Source: Candidatus Hadarchaeota archaeon (GTDB lineage Archaea > CAYQAE01 > CAYVLA01). Taken from it: 64,000 bases of DNA. How positions within the stretch are numbered: the first letter of the stretch is position 1; each line of letters starts with the position of its first letter. The stretch spans positions 128,001 to 192,000 of the forward strand of contig CAZUNO010000002.1 of assembly GCA_964621445.1 (NCBI GenBank). Reading direction: 5' to 3'. Shown here piece after piece: positions 9,301-18,431 of the stretch. A model generated the notes under the pieces. It searched no databases. It was not told the DNA's origin and saw only the letters and a list, made by a program, of their open reading frames with translations. The position numbers and the translations under genes were made by a program.

Positions 9301-10588
9301 GATTCTCGGATTCCGATCCCGGAAGGCTGGCCTTTAGATCGGCACTCGTACATTTGTCCGGCACATCGATCTCGACCGTGGTCATGCCCCTGAAGGTATT
9401 CACGCTTCGGGTTGTCCTGGTTGTCTTTCCGTTCTCCAGGCGATATACGACCTCGAATTCAACGCTTTTATCCAGGGGTTCTCCGTCCGGGGTCTCTGTT
9501 ACTATCATTACATCCATGGGTAGACCAGGCTTTACGGTCTGGCTGGCGGGGATTACCTGAATCACGGTCGGGGAGTCGGCTACCTTGAGAAGCTTTGTGT
9601 CCTTCTCCTCATGTCCCGCTCCATCGGTTACCGTGACATTTAGAATGACGCTGCCCAGGCCACCGGAACCGACGGTACCGGCAAGATACCCGGCCGCGGG
9701 GATTTCGAACTCGGCGACGCCGTTGGAAAGCCTTGAGTTGAATGTCGCGAACTTCTCCCAGTGAGCAACGTACTTGTAGGCCTCCACGAAAACGGTTCCC
9801 TCAACCGGTTTTCCGAAAAAGTACTCGGCATTTACCTGACCAGTTATCTCTTCATCGACCAGGAACCATCCCTTGGGCGTCTCCACACCTACATCGAATT
9901 TTGGAAGAACGTATTTCTCCACCCTGAAATCCACAGTGGCCGTTCCCGATTCGCTGTTTGCAGTTATCTTCCATGTTCCGGTGTTTACCTCTTTAGCCAG
10001 CGAAAGCTCGAAACTGGCCACACCAAATTCGTTGGCCGAGAGCTCCTTTCGGAATACCTTTATGCCTTTTGCATCGGATATGGATACGTTGATTTTCGTT
10101 TCAGTCGGTTTCAGGTCGGCGCTTAAGGCCAGCACGCGGCCGTAGAGGGTCTGACCTGGCTTGTAGATAGGCTTGTCGGTTTCTATTAACAGGGCTACCG
10201 AATCCGCCAATATTACCTCTCCCGATACGTGCTCTCTATCGTCCCTCCCGGCGAGGACCAGGTCGTAGGTCCCCTTCTCGATACCGGGAACATCGAAGCG
10301 TGCTATTAGATGTCCATCAGGTCCAGTTCTCCCCCTAAAAAGCTCCACCTCTTTCTCCTGATTTCTGATGAAAAGCGATACCCTGCGGTCAACCGGCCTA
10401 CCGGTATCGGGAGAGAAGGAAGAAATGCTAACCGAGGACTCAGTGCCTACATAAAACCTGTTTGGGGCCAGCACAATAAACTCGGCCGATGCGGCCTTTC
10501 CAACCATGAGGGTGGGAGATATAATCTGTAAAAAAAGAAACAGGCAGACGACCAGAGAGCCATATCGATTTTCCGTCAAAGCAATCAC
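6329..10588 (-). CDS. alpha-2-macroglobulin/thioester-containing protein, secreted and C-terminally membrane anchored
   Basis: Signal peptide, ETDKPIYKPGQ, EKYVLPKF, FFPETWYW, PDTITTW, thioester GCGEQ (7883-7897), FCSTQDT, C-terminal TM helix. Confidence 0.95.
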   Translation of the reverse strand: MIALTENRYGSLVVCLFLFLQIISPTLMVGKAASAEFIVLAPNRFYVGTESSVSISSFSPDTGRPVDRRVSLFIRNQEKEVELFRGRTGPDGHLIARFDVPGIEKGTYDLVLAGRDDREHVSGEVILADSVALLIETDKPIYKPGQTLYGRVLALSADLKPTETKINVSISDAKGIKVFRKELSANEFGVASFELSLAKEVNTGTWKITANSESGTATVDFRVEKYVLPKFDVGVETPKGWFLVDEEITGQVNAEYFFGKPVEGTVFVEAYKYVAHWEKFATFNSRLSNGVAEFEIPAAGYLAGTVGSGGLGSVILNVTVTDGAGHEEKDTKLLKVADSPTVIQVIPASQTVKPGLPMDVMIVTETPDGEPLDKSVEFEVVYRLENGKTTRTTRSVNTFRGMTTVEIDVPDKCTSADLKASLPGSESENQITLNAQYSPGGYFVHIVQISPAEVSVGEEVTFEVLTTADRNAYYDVVSGGRTIHSGYADGRYISFKVTPDMMPKAKLVAYVINPNLEVAADSIPFDVDLVNPVNLSAEFSKDKCEPGEEVTLDIESSSGVATMIGLSIVDESVYALNEGRLNLKQVFNELEKIFMRPQAEAHPDGHRLWPLTERRGSMEVFEDAGIQVMTSSSLDVPQGQPDWLRRDGLQVLEAAGGDNFAAPKSQSAGQDSELAEVKRVRQFFPETWYWNPTLMTDETGRASVKLTAPDTITTWKLHAVSSSPQGIGMTEGSLKVFQDFFVEPDLPYAVTRGEEFPVLVQIYNYVENSQKVQVELKEDSWFQLVDERVKIVTVPGNSVASIGFTIRPEKVGQFKIEITARTHERADAVKRNIRVEPEGTPCETVVNDIITEDSPLKFNLSMPPAMVDDSGTIQLAVTPSMVAQTINGVDDLLGMPYGCGEQNMMFMAPDLEILRYLDATGQIKPEIRAKAEHFLTTGYQRELTFRRSDGSFSAFGENDDQGSLFLTSFVLDIFSECREVMSIDSTVLSDAASWIGDHQNGNGSFSPVGFVCHQEMLGGLDPSSRSALTAFVGIALSDYGNAEDSLQAAVQYIEENAIQAEDPYTLALAALLLEKVGSPHAEQAISRLLEMARTDEHGIFWAAGSERSNAVETTSYAALALMLEGRSEAEQAVRWLSSQRNSLGGFCSTQDTVWALKALMKAARLQTRTIDSSIEVKVDGEKLTTLELTAENFDVLNVIDIPLAGEELVVEMKGEGEVTIQLAKRFNLPGDLNPNPEFELDIEYNTTSVEVDDIVHVLARARYTGAYNSTGMMILDISVPTGFSPVHSSLEQVISDGLATRYEIGGRKVIFYVDDLQRGEELEIGFDIRALLPVKAKGGTSTAYSYYKPEVRTEARGVDFQVSGEVASRFGDENMEEPSGDVGFRTSTGNTFPLAVLSLLIGCMVLVFGLKTFGARNGI

Positions 10589-10766
10589 CAGTTGAGTTCC
10601 ATATTGAAGTCAAGAGCTGGCAAAAAAGGGGGCCTAAGCTCCTAACACGGTAATTTCATTGCCTGAAACAATACATAATGGTTGCATGAAACGGTGTGAA
10701 CCAACGGGGGGAATGGTCCACATAGTGATTCAGGTTAGCCCTAACATACTAGATATCTAGCTGAAG

Positions 10767-11534
10767 CTAGTCCTCAAAGAAACGCATTAGCTCAATGGGT
10801 ACGGGGATAACCACGGTTGTGGGTTTGTCGGTGGTCGCATCGGTGATGGCCCCCATTAGTCTTAGCTGCAGCGCTCCGGGACTCTCGGTCATTATCTTGG
10901 TAGCCTTTGCCAGCTTCTCCGACGCCTGTTTCTCTCCCTGGGCAGTGATGACCCTAGACCGTCTTCCTCGTTCCGCCTCGGCCTGCCTGGCCATGGCCCT
11001 CTTCATGTCCTGAGGCACCTCGACGTTCTTGATTTCCACACCTGAAACCTTGATCCCCCATGGGTCAGTGGCTTCATCAACTGATGATTGGAGTTCCCGG
11101 TTTAGATCCTCCCTCTCGGTCAACAGCTGATCAAGAAAGGCCGTTCCGATTACGTTCCTCAAGCTGGTCTGTGAATACAGGGACGTCGCGGCAATGTAAT
11201 TCTCAACCTGGGTAACGGCGTTTTCGGGGTCCATTACCCTCATATATATCACTGCGTCCACTTTCACGGGAACGTTATCCCGGGTTATGACCTCCTGGGT
11301 GGGTACATCGAGTACCATGGTCCTGAGGTCGATCTTGACCATCTTCTCGAAAAATGGTATTACGAAGAACAGGCCAGGGCCACGAGCTCCGACCAGCCTA
11401 CCTAGCCTAAATATCACGCCTCTCTCGTACTCACGTACTATCTTGATCGCCCAAGCGATGAAGATGAGAAAGAGGAAAACAAGCGCTGCTGCGGGAAGGA
11501 GCCAGTCAGCCATGGAATCAACCAATCCGTTCAA
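10767..11534 (-). CDS. SPFH/band 7 stomatin-like (slipin) protein
   Basis: EYERGVIFRLGR, ITRDNVPVKVDAV, TDPWGIKV, AMARQAEAER. Confidence 0.93.
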   Translation of the reverse strand: MNGLVDSMADWLLPAAALVFLFLIFIAWAIKIVREYERGVIFRLGRLVGARGPGLFFVIPFFEKMVKIDLRTMVLDVPTQEVITRDNVPVKVDAVIYMRVMDPENAVTQVENYIAATSLYSQTSLRNVIGTAFLDQLLTEREDLNRELQSSVDEATDPWGIKVSGVEIKNVEVPQDMKRAMARQAEAERGRRSRVITAQGEKQASEKLAKATKIMTESPGALQLRLMGAITDATTDKPTTVVIPVPIELMRFFED

Positions 11535-11580
11535 CTAAATTTCGCGCTTTCCTCATAAATATATTTGTCATAAGCCAGAA

Positions 11581-12804
11581 CTAGTGGCCGCCGACTCGCC
11601 CCAGGGCAACCTCCACCGCTTCCACCAGGTCATCCAACTCGCGGTCGGTATAGTTGGTGCTATTGGGCAGGACGATGTTCCTCTTCAGGGAATCCTCAAG
11701 TACCGGGCAGGGCTGGGTGTCATTGAAATCGTTTAGGGGTGAGGTGAAGGGCCAACCAGACCGATTTATGGTTTCCCTCTTCTTGAAAAGATCCAGATCG
11801 TATGCCGGTCTACCACCGTAAATGAGACCAGCCGGGACTCCCTCCTCCTTTATGAGCTCTATCAGACCCGGGGCATCTATATTCATGTCATCCGGTATCC
11901 GATAAATCATCCCGTAGTAAACTGGCTTTGATCCGGGAATGACCTTTCTGGGTATGAGCCCCAATTTTTCAACCATCTTGTTGACATAATTAGCATTTTT
12001 GTTCACGATCTCAACGATCCTATCGAGCTTTCGGACCTGGGCCAGAGCCACAGCGCCCTGTAGCTCCGACATTCGATAATTGGTTCCCAGAGGCGCTCCT
12101 TCTTCCCGCGTGAGGCGATTATTCCCGTGATCATGGTAACGAATGGCGTTATCGTAGAGGGTGGGGTCATCGGTGGTCACTATGCCTCCCTCTCCGGAGG
12201 TCGCCATCTTGTTGAGCTGGAAACTAAAGCAACCGATATCCCCCAGGGACCCAACTTTTCCTCCCTTAAACTCGGACCCGTGGGCATGGGAAGCGTCCTC
12301 TACCAGGTAAAGGTCGTTCTCCTCAGCCACATCGCGGAGTCCATCCATGTCCGCCGGGAAGCCCAGCAGGTGAACCGGGACTATGGCCTTGGTCCTTGGG
12401 GTTACCGCCTGACGGACTGCATCGGGGTCAAGATTGAGGGTCTCGCCCTCCACATCCGCAAATACCGGCACTCCCCCGCACAGGAGGACGGGGCTGATAT
12501 TGGCAATGAAGGTCACCGGGGGCACTATTACCTCCTCCCCGGGCCCTATTCCGCAGGACTTGACCCCTAGGTGAACCGCTGCCGTTCCGCTGGAGACCCC
12601 AAGCGCGTACTCTGTTCCCACATATTCCGAAAATTCGCTCTCGAAATCCAAAACCTTATTCTGCGGGTCGGGACCATAGAAGCGAAATAGGGATTTGGAC
12701 TCCATTACCTCCCTAACTTCCTTCATCTCCTCCTCCCCTATCAGATTCACGCCAAATCCAGTATACGGCCAAGGTTCAGTTCGAACGGGATCGTCCTCTG
12801 GCAC
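11581..12804 (-). CDS. DegT/DnrJ/EryC1/StrS PLP aminotransferase
   Basis: SSGTAA, EDASHAHG, FSFQLNKMATSGEGG, NYRMSE. Confidence 0.9.
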   Translation of the reverse strand: MPEDDPVRTEPWPYTGFGVNLIGEEEMKEVREVMESKSLFRFYGPDPQNKVLDFESEFSEYVGTEYALGVSSGTAAVHLGVKSCGIGPGEEVIVPPVTFIANISPVLLCGGVPVFADVEGETLNLDPDAVRQAVTPRTKAIVPVHLLGFPADMDGLRDVAEENDLYLVEDASHAHGSEFKGGKVGSLGDIGCFSFQLNKMATSGEGGIVTTDDPTLYDNAIRYHDHGNNRLTREEGAPLGTNYRMSELQGAVALAQVRKLDRIVEIVNKNANYVNKMVEKLGLIPRKVIPGSKPVYYGMIYRIPDDMNIDAPGLIELIKEEGVPAGLIYGGRPAYDLDLFKKRETINRSGWPFTSPLNDFNDTQPCPVLEDSLKRNIVLPNSTNYTDRELDDLVEAVEVALGRVGGH

Positions 12805-12862
12805 TTTACCACCTGCTAAGACATGGATGAATGGTTTAATATAAGTGGCCTGCGATTCTGCC

Positions 12863-13840
12863 TTATTGATTCCAGCGTTTTAGGCCCCAGAAAACCAACG
12901 AGAACAATATGAATGGCGGAGTAAACTCCGGAATTTCAATGTTATCCACCAGAGACTCGAACTCATTTAGATGCAGTTGGTAGCCCTTGCCCTTACTTGT
13001 ATATATAAGGCTCAAAACCTTTTCTCCACAATCAAGCATCTCATATCTGGCCTTCACCTGGGAATGATTGGGCAAGGAATACGTGTACTCCATTATCCTG
13101 TTACCCAGATCGTGAATGATTTCCTGGCTCTCAAAAAGGATTTCAACATTGGACATGGTCTCCCGCATCCCTTCCTTCTGGACCTCCAGGTATTCATCCA
13201 AGCTACCAGACCAGGTTTCGGATAGGAGCACAATATTTGTCTGAAAGCGGTCCTCCAGTGGCCCATAGAAGATAACCCCATTATTTAGGGTCTGCTCATC
13301 CACTGCCCAGCCAACCGGATAGGTTAAATTCAGGTCCGGGTTCAGGTAACTATATTTGGGATCGAAGAAGCTAAGGGTGGATAACGATTCCTGGAACAAT
13401 GGAAGGTAATGCTCGTATTGCCCTTTTGATGCTACATATGCCAGGTCATAGTACCTCCGTCCATATCGGATTATGATCTCCTTCATCTTGACCTCTGTGG
13501 ACCCTTGCTGCCAGGAGCATATCAAAACCTGAGCCGGTAAATCCTTAAAGGTCGTATTACGATCAGACAAAACCACGAAATCGGAGAATATCTCCCGACA
13601 GTTTTCCCGGATGCCCCTGACTGTATCCTGAAGCGTTGATCTTGGGTTATCGAAGACATCGATGCTTAGTCTTGGGGAGAATCCATCACTCTGGCTCATG
13701 AACAGGGCCAGGACATATGGGTTTTGTGACTCTCTCCAGCCCGGTGGCTGCTGTATGGAGAAACCCCATGATTCGCTTTGGTACGCCCAACAATGGGGTA
13801 TCAACACGATTGAAGCCAACAATATCCAGGTGATCTTCAT
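12863..13840 (-). CDS. secreted tandem PsbP/DcrB-like domain protein with PEF-CTERM-like sorting signal
   Basis: Signal peptide from ATG 13840, two repeats starting 'FSIQQPPGW' and 'LNLTYPVGW', C-terminus IPEF-TM-KR. Confidence 0.7.
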   Translation of the reverse strand: MKITWILLASIVLIPHCWAYQSESWGFSIQQPPGWRESQNPYVLALFMSQSDGFSPRLSIDVFDNPRSTLQDTVRGIRENCREIFSDFVVLSDRNTTFKDLPAQVLICSWQQGSTEVKMKEIIIRYGRRYYDLAYVASKGQYEHYLPLFQESLSTLSFFDPKYSYLNPDLNLTYPVGWAVDEQTLNNGVIFYGPLEDRFQTNIVLLSETWSGSLDEYLEVQKEGMRETMSNVEILFESQEIIHDLGNRIMEYTYSLPNHSQVKARYEMLDCGEKVLSLIYTSKGKGYQLHLNEFESLVDNIEIPEFTPPFILFSLVFWGLKRWNQ

Positions 13841-13970
13841 TATCCCCAGCTTAGGGAAAAGATTCTGAAAAATAGGGCACCATCGGGCGACAAATTTTCG
13901 GGACACTCACAAAAAAAACCCCTCGCCGGGACTCTCGGGAACATTTTCGAAGGTCCCCACCCCAGGTCCC

Positions 13971-14885
13971 ATGATGGCCATTCACGAGGTAGTGATCCAG
14001 ATACTTCTACCCATCTCTCTTGGTTTCGTACTCCGCCAAACAGGTATGTTTGGGGATGAGCAATCTGCGGTTTTACGAAAACTGGTGGTCTATGTCAGCA
14101 TACCGCTCCTGGTCTTCCACTCCATGTACACCTCGGCCCTGCCCTCCTTGAGCCAGGCCATCTCCATTGTAGCCGCCCTTCCAATATTGACCCTGCTTTT
14201 CCACCTGGCAGGAAGCATCATTAGCCGGCTCTTGCCCCTTAAGCATGCGAAGCGGATGGCCCTTCTCGCTGCCATTACCTTTGGCAACTACGGCTGGTTG
14301 GGTTGGAGCGCTGCCTTCACCGTCTTTGGCGAGAAGGGCCTTAACCAGGCATTCTTCTTCACTCTCCTCTGGTGGCCGGTTTTCTACGGGTTTGGAGCGT
14401 TAACCGGAATCCGATCCCGAACCAAGAAATCCATCAGCCCGCGATCAGTGGCCATTGTCACCGCTTTGCCCGTCAGCTGCATATCAGCGGGAATCGTGCT
14501 CAATCTCGCTTCCATCGCAATCCCCGAGTTTCTCCTGACCTCGGTTTCCAGCATAGGGGACACCACCATACCCCTCATACTCATATCGGTGGGTATGGGG
14601 CTGAATATGGATAACATAAGAAGACTGCTACCGGCAGCACTCCTAGTTTCCGCAATACGCCTGGGACTGGGCCCCCTAATGGGAATTCTGACCTCGGAGG
14701 TGCTTCCCGTAGGGGATTTGGGCACTGATGTTGTAATTCTTCTGAGTGCAATGCCGGTAGCCACGGTCACCCCAATTCTCTGCGACTACTTCGAGATGGA
14801 CAGGGACCTGATATCGGTATCCATTGTAGTTTCCACGGTGCTTTCCCTGGGAACTCTCCCCCTAGTACTCATGATCATCGGTTGA
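13971..14885 (+). CDS. AEC (auxin efflux carrier) family transporter
   Basis: About 10 TM helices, 'VVYVSIPLLVF', 'FGNYGWLG', 'SAMPVAT'. Confidence 0.88.
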   Translation: MMAIHEVVIQILLPISLGFVLRQTGMFGDEQSAVLRKLVVYVSIPLLVFHSMYTSALPSLSQAISIVAALPILTLLFHLAGSIISRLLPLKHAKRMALLAAITFGNYGWLGWSAAFTVFGEKGLNQAFFFTLLWWPVFYGFGALTGIRSRTKKSISPRSVAIVTALPVSCISAGIVLNLASIAIPEFLLTSVSSIGDTTIPLILISVGMGLNMDNIRRLLPAALLVSAIRLGLGPLMGILTSEVLPVGDLGTDVVILLSAMPVATVTPILCDYFEMDRDLISVSIVVSTVLSLGTLPLVLMIIG

Positions 14886-14887
14886 AC

Positions 14888-15850
14888 CTAGCTCCATTTC
14901 CAGTCCATCTTCTTCTCTACGTTCTTGATTTCCTCAATGGAGGGCGAGCCCTCCATGGGCCCCATCTTGGTTATGGCAAAGGAGCCCACGGTATTTCCCA
15001 TCCTACCACATTCAACCAAGGATTTCCCGGAAACAAAGCTAGTGGTAAAACCGGCATCGAAGCAGTCACCGGCCCCAGTGGGGTCAACCCTTTCTCTTAG
15101 CCGTTCGATCGGGAAAGGCGGTACGAATACCTCCTCTTCCCGGCCAAATACGCGGCAGCCGTCCGAACCCAGCTTCAGGGCTACAACATTGGCTCTATCC
15201 AAAAGGGACCTGCAGGCCTCATCGCTATCCTCTATGCCCGTGAGCATGCTGGCCTCCTCCCCGCTAGGCAGGACCACATCACAAATCTCCAGGACTGGCT
15301 CGCATATCTCCCTTACCCGTTCAATACCCAAGAGCTCAGGTCTCAGGTTGGGGTCCAGGCTTATCTTTCCACCCTGGTCCTTAACCATTTCCATGGCCCG
15401 GTAGCAGGCATCCCTGCTTGAGTCGCTGGTGGAAAGGGCCGAGCCCATGAGATGAAGTAGTTTGGTGCCTGATAGGTAATCAGCGTTCACATTCTTAGGC
15501 GAAAGCGTACCCGCGGCGGAGTATCTCAGGTGAAAGATGAATTTCCGGGAGCCATCCTGGTTGTAGGAAACGAAGGCACAGCCGGTGGTATGCCCCTCCC
15601 TCCTGGTCACGCCCGAGACATCGACCCCGTTCTCCTCCAGCCTGTTCTCCACTACATCACCAAAATCGTCGGGTCCTAGAACCCCGATGAATCCGGTATC
15701 GGCCCCAAGCTTGGCCGCCGCGTCAATGTAAATGGCTGGAGCACCGCTCGGATAGGGACCCATGAACTCAGCCGGCTCATTTAGAGGAACCCCGACCTTT
15801 TTACGCATTATCTCTACCAGCATCTCACCCATACATACTATCTCAGGCAT
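14888..15850 (-). CDS. PfkB-family sugar kinase
   Basis: MGEMLVE, SGAPA, DPNLR, DPTGAGDCF. Start refined to ATG 15850, just after the upstream stop. Confidence 0.92.
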   Translation of the reverse strand: MPEIVCMGEMLVEIMRKKVGVPLNEPAEFMGPYPSGAPAIYIDAAAKLGADTGFIGVLGPDDFGDVVENRLEENGVDVSGVTRREGHTTGCAFVSYNQDGSRKFIFHLRYSAAGTLSPKNVNADYLSGTKLLHLMGSALSTSDSSRDACYRAMEMVKDQGGKISLDPNLRPELLGIERVREICEPVLEICDVVLPSGEEASMLTGIEDSDEACRSLLDRANVVALKLGSDGCRVFGREEEVFVPPFPIERLRERVDPTGAGDCFDAGFTTSFVSGKSLVECGRMGNTVGSFAITKMGPMEGSPSIEEIKNVEKKMDWKWS

Positions 15851-15851
15851 T

Positions 15852-16283
15852 TCACTCACCCAAAACCTGTACGCAGTACTTCCTATGCAGGGGGCCATCG
15901 GTCTCAACGAAATATATGGTCTGCCTACCTCCCCTTACGATCTCTCCGTTCTCGATTGGGAACATGGTGTTAATCCCGGTAAGCATTCCTCTTAGATGGC
16001 AGTGGGCATTTACTCCTAAACGGCCGTCAAAATCTAGATACCTCGCATGGTGGTAGTCCAGATCCTCGGGTATCAGCCTCTCAAGGGTATCGACGGTATC
16101 TTCCTCCAGGCAGGGTATCCCCTCGTTAACGGTGATACCGCTGGTGGTATGCATGGTGATCACGTTGACCACCCCGTTCTGGACCTCGGACCTCTCCACC
16201 ACCTTAACCACTTCTTCCGTTATATCTATGAGCTGCATCTCCTTGGTGCTTTGCACGTCCAGTTTCTCAAGATGTATCTTCAT
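15852..16283 (-). CDS. YjbQ/UPF0047 family protein
   Basis: HTTSGITVNE, NAHCHLR, QTIYFVETDGP motifs. Confidence 0.9.
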   Translation of the reverse strand: MKIHLEKLDVQSTKEMQLIDITEEVVKVVERSEVQNGVVNVITMHTTSGITVNEGIPCLEEDTVDTLERLIPEDLDYHHARYLDFDGRLGVNAHCHLRGMLTGINTMFPIENGEIVRGGRQTIYFVETDGPLHRKYCVQVLGE

Positions 16284-16292
16284 TTTAGACCC

Positions 16293-17138
16293 TCACTCCA
16301 TCCCCATGAACCTCTTGGCATTCCTCTCAAATATCAGCTCGATGGCCCCCTCCGTGAATCCCAGGGACTTGACTGCCTCCACCATCTTTGCCATCTCTAT
16401 ACGTGGGAAGTTTGACCCAAACATAACCTGGTTCCTGAGGCTCCTCTCCAGCCAGGTTGTTGGTATCTGTTTATTGAAGGTGAACTGGATGAATTCCTTG
16501 GGGGTATCAAAGTAAAGACATGAGGTGTCGGCAAACAGATTTTCGTACTTCAATAGGAGGGCTGCGGTATCCTGAATCCAGGGCCACCCAAAATGGGCAA
16601 TGCAAATCTTCAGCTCAGGGTAACGGATCGCCGCCTCCTCAAGGAGCATGGGATGGCACTGCTTTAGACGGGTTCCAGGCTCGAAACTCATGCCGCTGTG
16701 CATCATTATCGGGATGCCTAGATCCTGAGCCTTCTCATATAATGGGAAAACCTCCTGGTCATCGGGGCTAAACTCCTGACTGCTGGGAGCCAGCTTTAGC
16801 CCTGCTAGGCCCAGGTCCTCTATGGCCATCTCCAGATCCTCGATAGCTGTGGGGGAATGGGGATCGACGCTGGCAAACCCTATGAAGCTACCATCGCCCA
16901 TCTCCACCAGCTCTGCAATCTGCTCATTAGTATGGATCTTTTCCCCTCGCGTGGTGGTGCAGTCTATGGGATGAATGACCGAGGTATCTATATCCGCCTC
17001 CTCCATGTGGAGGAGGAATGTCCTCAGGGGCTGTAGCCTATTGCCCAGGCCAAAAATTTCCCTGACCACCCTTTTCATCTCTTCGTCCTTTTCCATGATC
17101 TCCTTCACGAGAACCGGATGTGTGTGTACGTCAATCAA
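16293..17138 (-). CDS. amidohydrolase_2 family metal-dependent hydrolase
   Basis: IDVHTH, GLKL, MHSG, AHFGWP, FGSNFP. Confidence 0.88.
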   Translation of the reverse strand: MIDVHTHPVLVKEIMEKDEEMKRVVREIFGLGNRLQPLRTFLLHMEEADIDTSVIHPIDCTTTRGEKIHTNEQIAELVEMGDGSFIGFASVDPHSPTAIEDLEMAIEDLGLAGLKLAPSSQEFSPDDQEVFPLYEKAQDLGIPIMMHSGMSFEPGTRLKQCHPMLLEEAAIRYPELKICIAHFGWPWIQDTAALLLKYENLFADTSCLYFDTPKEFIQFTFNKQIPTTWLERSLRNQVMFGSNFPRIEMAKMVEAVKSLGFTEGAIELIFERNAKRFMGME

Positions 17139-17147
17139 GCTATCATC

Positions 17148-18431
17148 TCATTCTCCAATTCTAGGCACGACCTCGGCTGCCCCTTTTAGAGCCATCGCTT
17201 CCGCCGATTTCCCCGCATCCTCAAGGGCCCTGTCCACGGCCTCCTGGGGGCTAGGGGCATACTCGAAACCCAGATTCTCAACGTCCTTTCTGGGTATACC
17301 CACGGCGTAGACTATAACTCGCATCTTCTCTAGTATTTTTCCCACGTGAACCATGGCGGCAACCGAGCACAGATCCGTCAGCTCACCGGAATCCATTAAG
17401 GACAGCGCCTTAGAGGGGTAAAGGTACCCATGTTTTTCCAGTTCGGGATGTTCCTCCGAGATTCCCTCCCAACAAGGAGTGAGCATGACTATGGTTCCCC
17501 CTGGTTTAACCGCCAGTTCAGCGGCCTCCAATGCCTTTACCGCCTGCCACATGTCGATGTCAGCGGGGTGGGAATCAACGATGGCCACATCAACCTTGTG
17601 ATCTATTGGAACGTCGTATATCCTGTTACTGGTTTCCACTCCTTCCCGGTGGGCGGAAATGGGATGACCCGAAAAGAAGCCAAATGTCCTTGATTTACCG
17701 TCAAGTACCGTGTTTATTATCATGTCCAAGCCGGCCTTCTCGGATATCTCCTCTATTTCCCTTCTAACTGGATTCTCGGCAACTCCTAGTATTTCCTCAC
17801 TCTCAAATTTTCCGGCCATCAAATGGGTCAAACCCGTGGTCTGAGGCCCTCCCAGCCCTGGTTGAACGATCTTTCCTCCCCCGGTATAGCCTGCAACCCG
17901 ATGAGGAACTATGTTCCCCACCCCGATGCTCCAATCGGCCTCAAGTATCTTCTCGTTAACGGTAATAGGTATCCCAGAATCAGTGGTGCCCAGGTCCCGG
18001 AGTTTGGATTGATCCCTCCAGTAGTGGTTTGAAGTACTTATCTCCCTTACTGCCCTGGCACCAGCCTTAATCTCCATCTCCTCCCTGGTCATATATCTGT
18101 GTGTTCCCAGGGCAAAAAGAATCTCGATGTCCCCTTCCTTGATACCAGCCGTATCCAGTTCCCTTCTCAAACTGGGTATGACCCGCCGGGTAGGCGTTTG
18201 CCTGGTGATGTCATCTAGGATGATCAGCACCTTGTCCCCGCTACCAACCTGGGAAGGTATAGGCTCGGCCTGTATTGGCCCTGCAAGCGATTTCCGTAGC
18301 AGCTCTCCCTCCGAGCCAGGGGGATCTAAGTCCGGGGGAGAGTGGATTTCGACCAAATTGGAATCCGGAATTTGAACTCGAGTTATGCCCTTTCCGAGAT
18401 GGAAGTCTACGTCAGCCATGGGCAGGACCAA
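17148..18431 (-). CDS. LarA-family nickel-pincer-dependent racemase/epimerase
   Basis: DDITRQTP, ALGTHR, PHRVAGYTGGGK, WQAVKA motifs. Confidence 0.88.
   Translation of the reverse strand: MVLPMADVDFHLGKGITRVQIPDSNLVEIHSPPDLDPPGSEGELLRKSLAGPIQAEPIPSQVGSGDKVLIILDDITRQTPTRRVIPSLRRELDTAGIKEGDIEILFALGTHRYMTREEMEIKAGARAVREISTSNHYWRDQSKLRDLGTTDSGIPITVNEKILEADWSIGVGNIVPHRVAGYTGGGKIVQPGLGGPQTTGLTHLMAGKFESEEILGVAENPVRREIEEISEKAGLDMIINTVLDGKSRTFGFFSGHPISAHREGVETSNRIYDVPIDHKVDVAIVDSHPADIDMWQAVKALEAAELAVKPGGTIVMLTPCWEGISEEHPELEKHGYLYPSKALSLMDSGELTDLCSVAAMVHVGKILEKMRVIVYAVGIPRKDVENLGFEYAPSPQEAVDRALEDAGKSAEAMALKGAAEVVPRIGE

Noticed and set aside
10749-10760. Perfect palindrome CTAGATATCTAG after the SPFH gene
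   Set aside because: A 12-bp palindrome is expected by chance several times in 64 kb.
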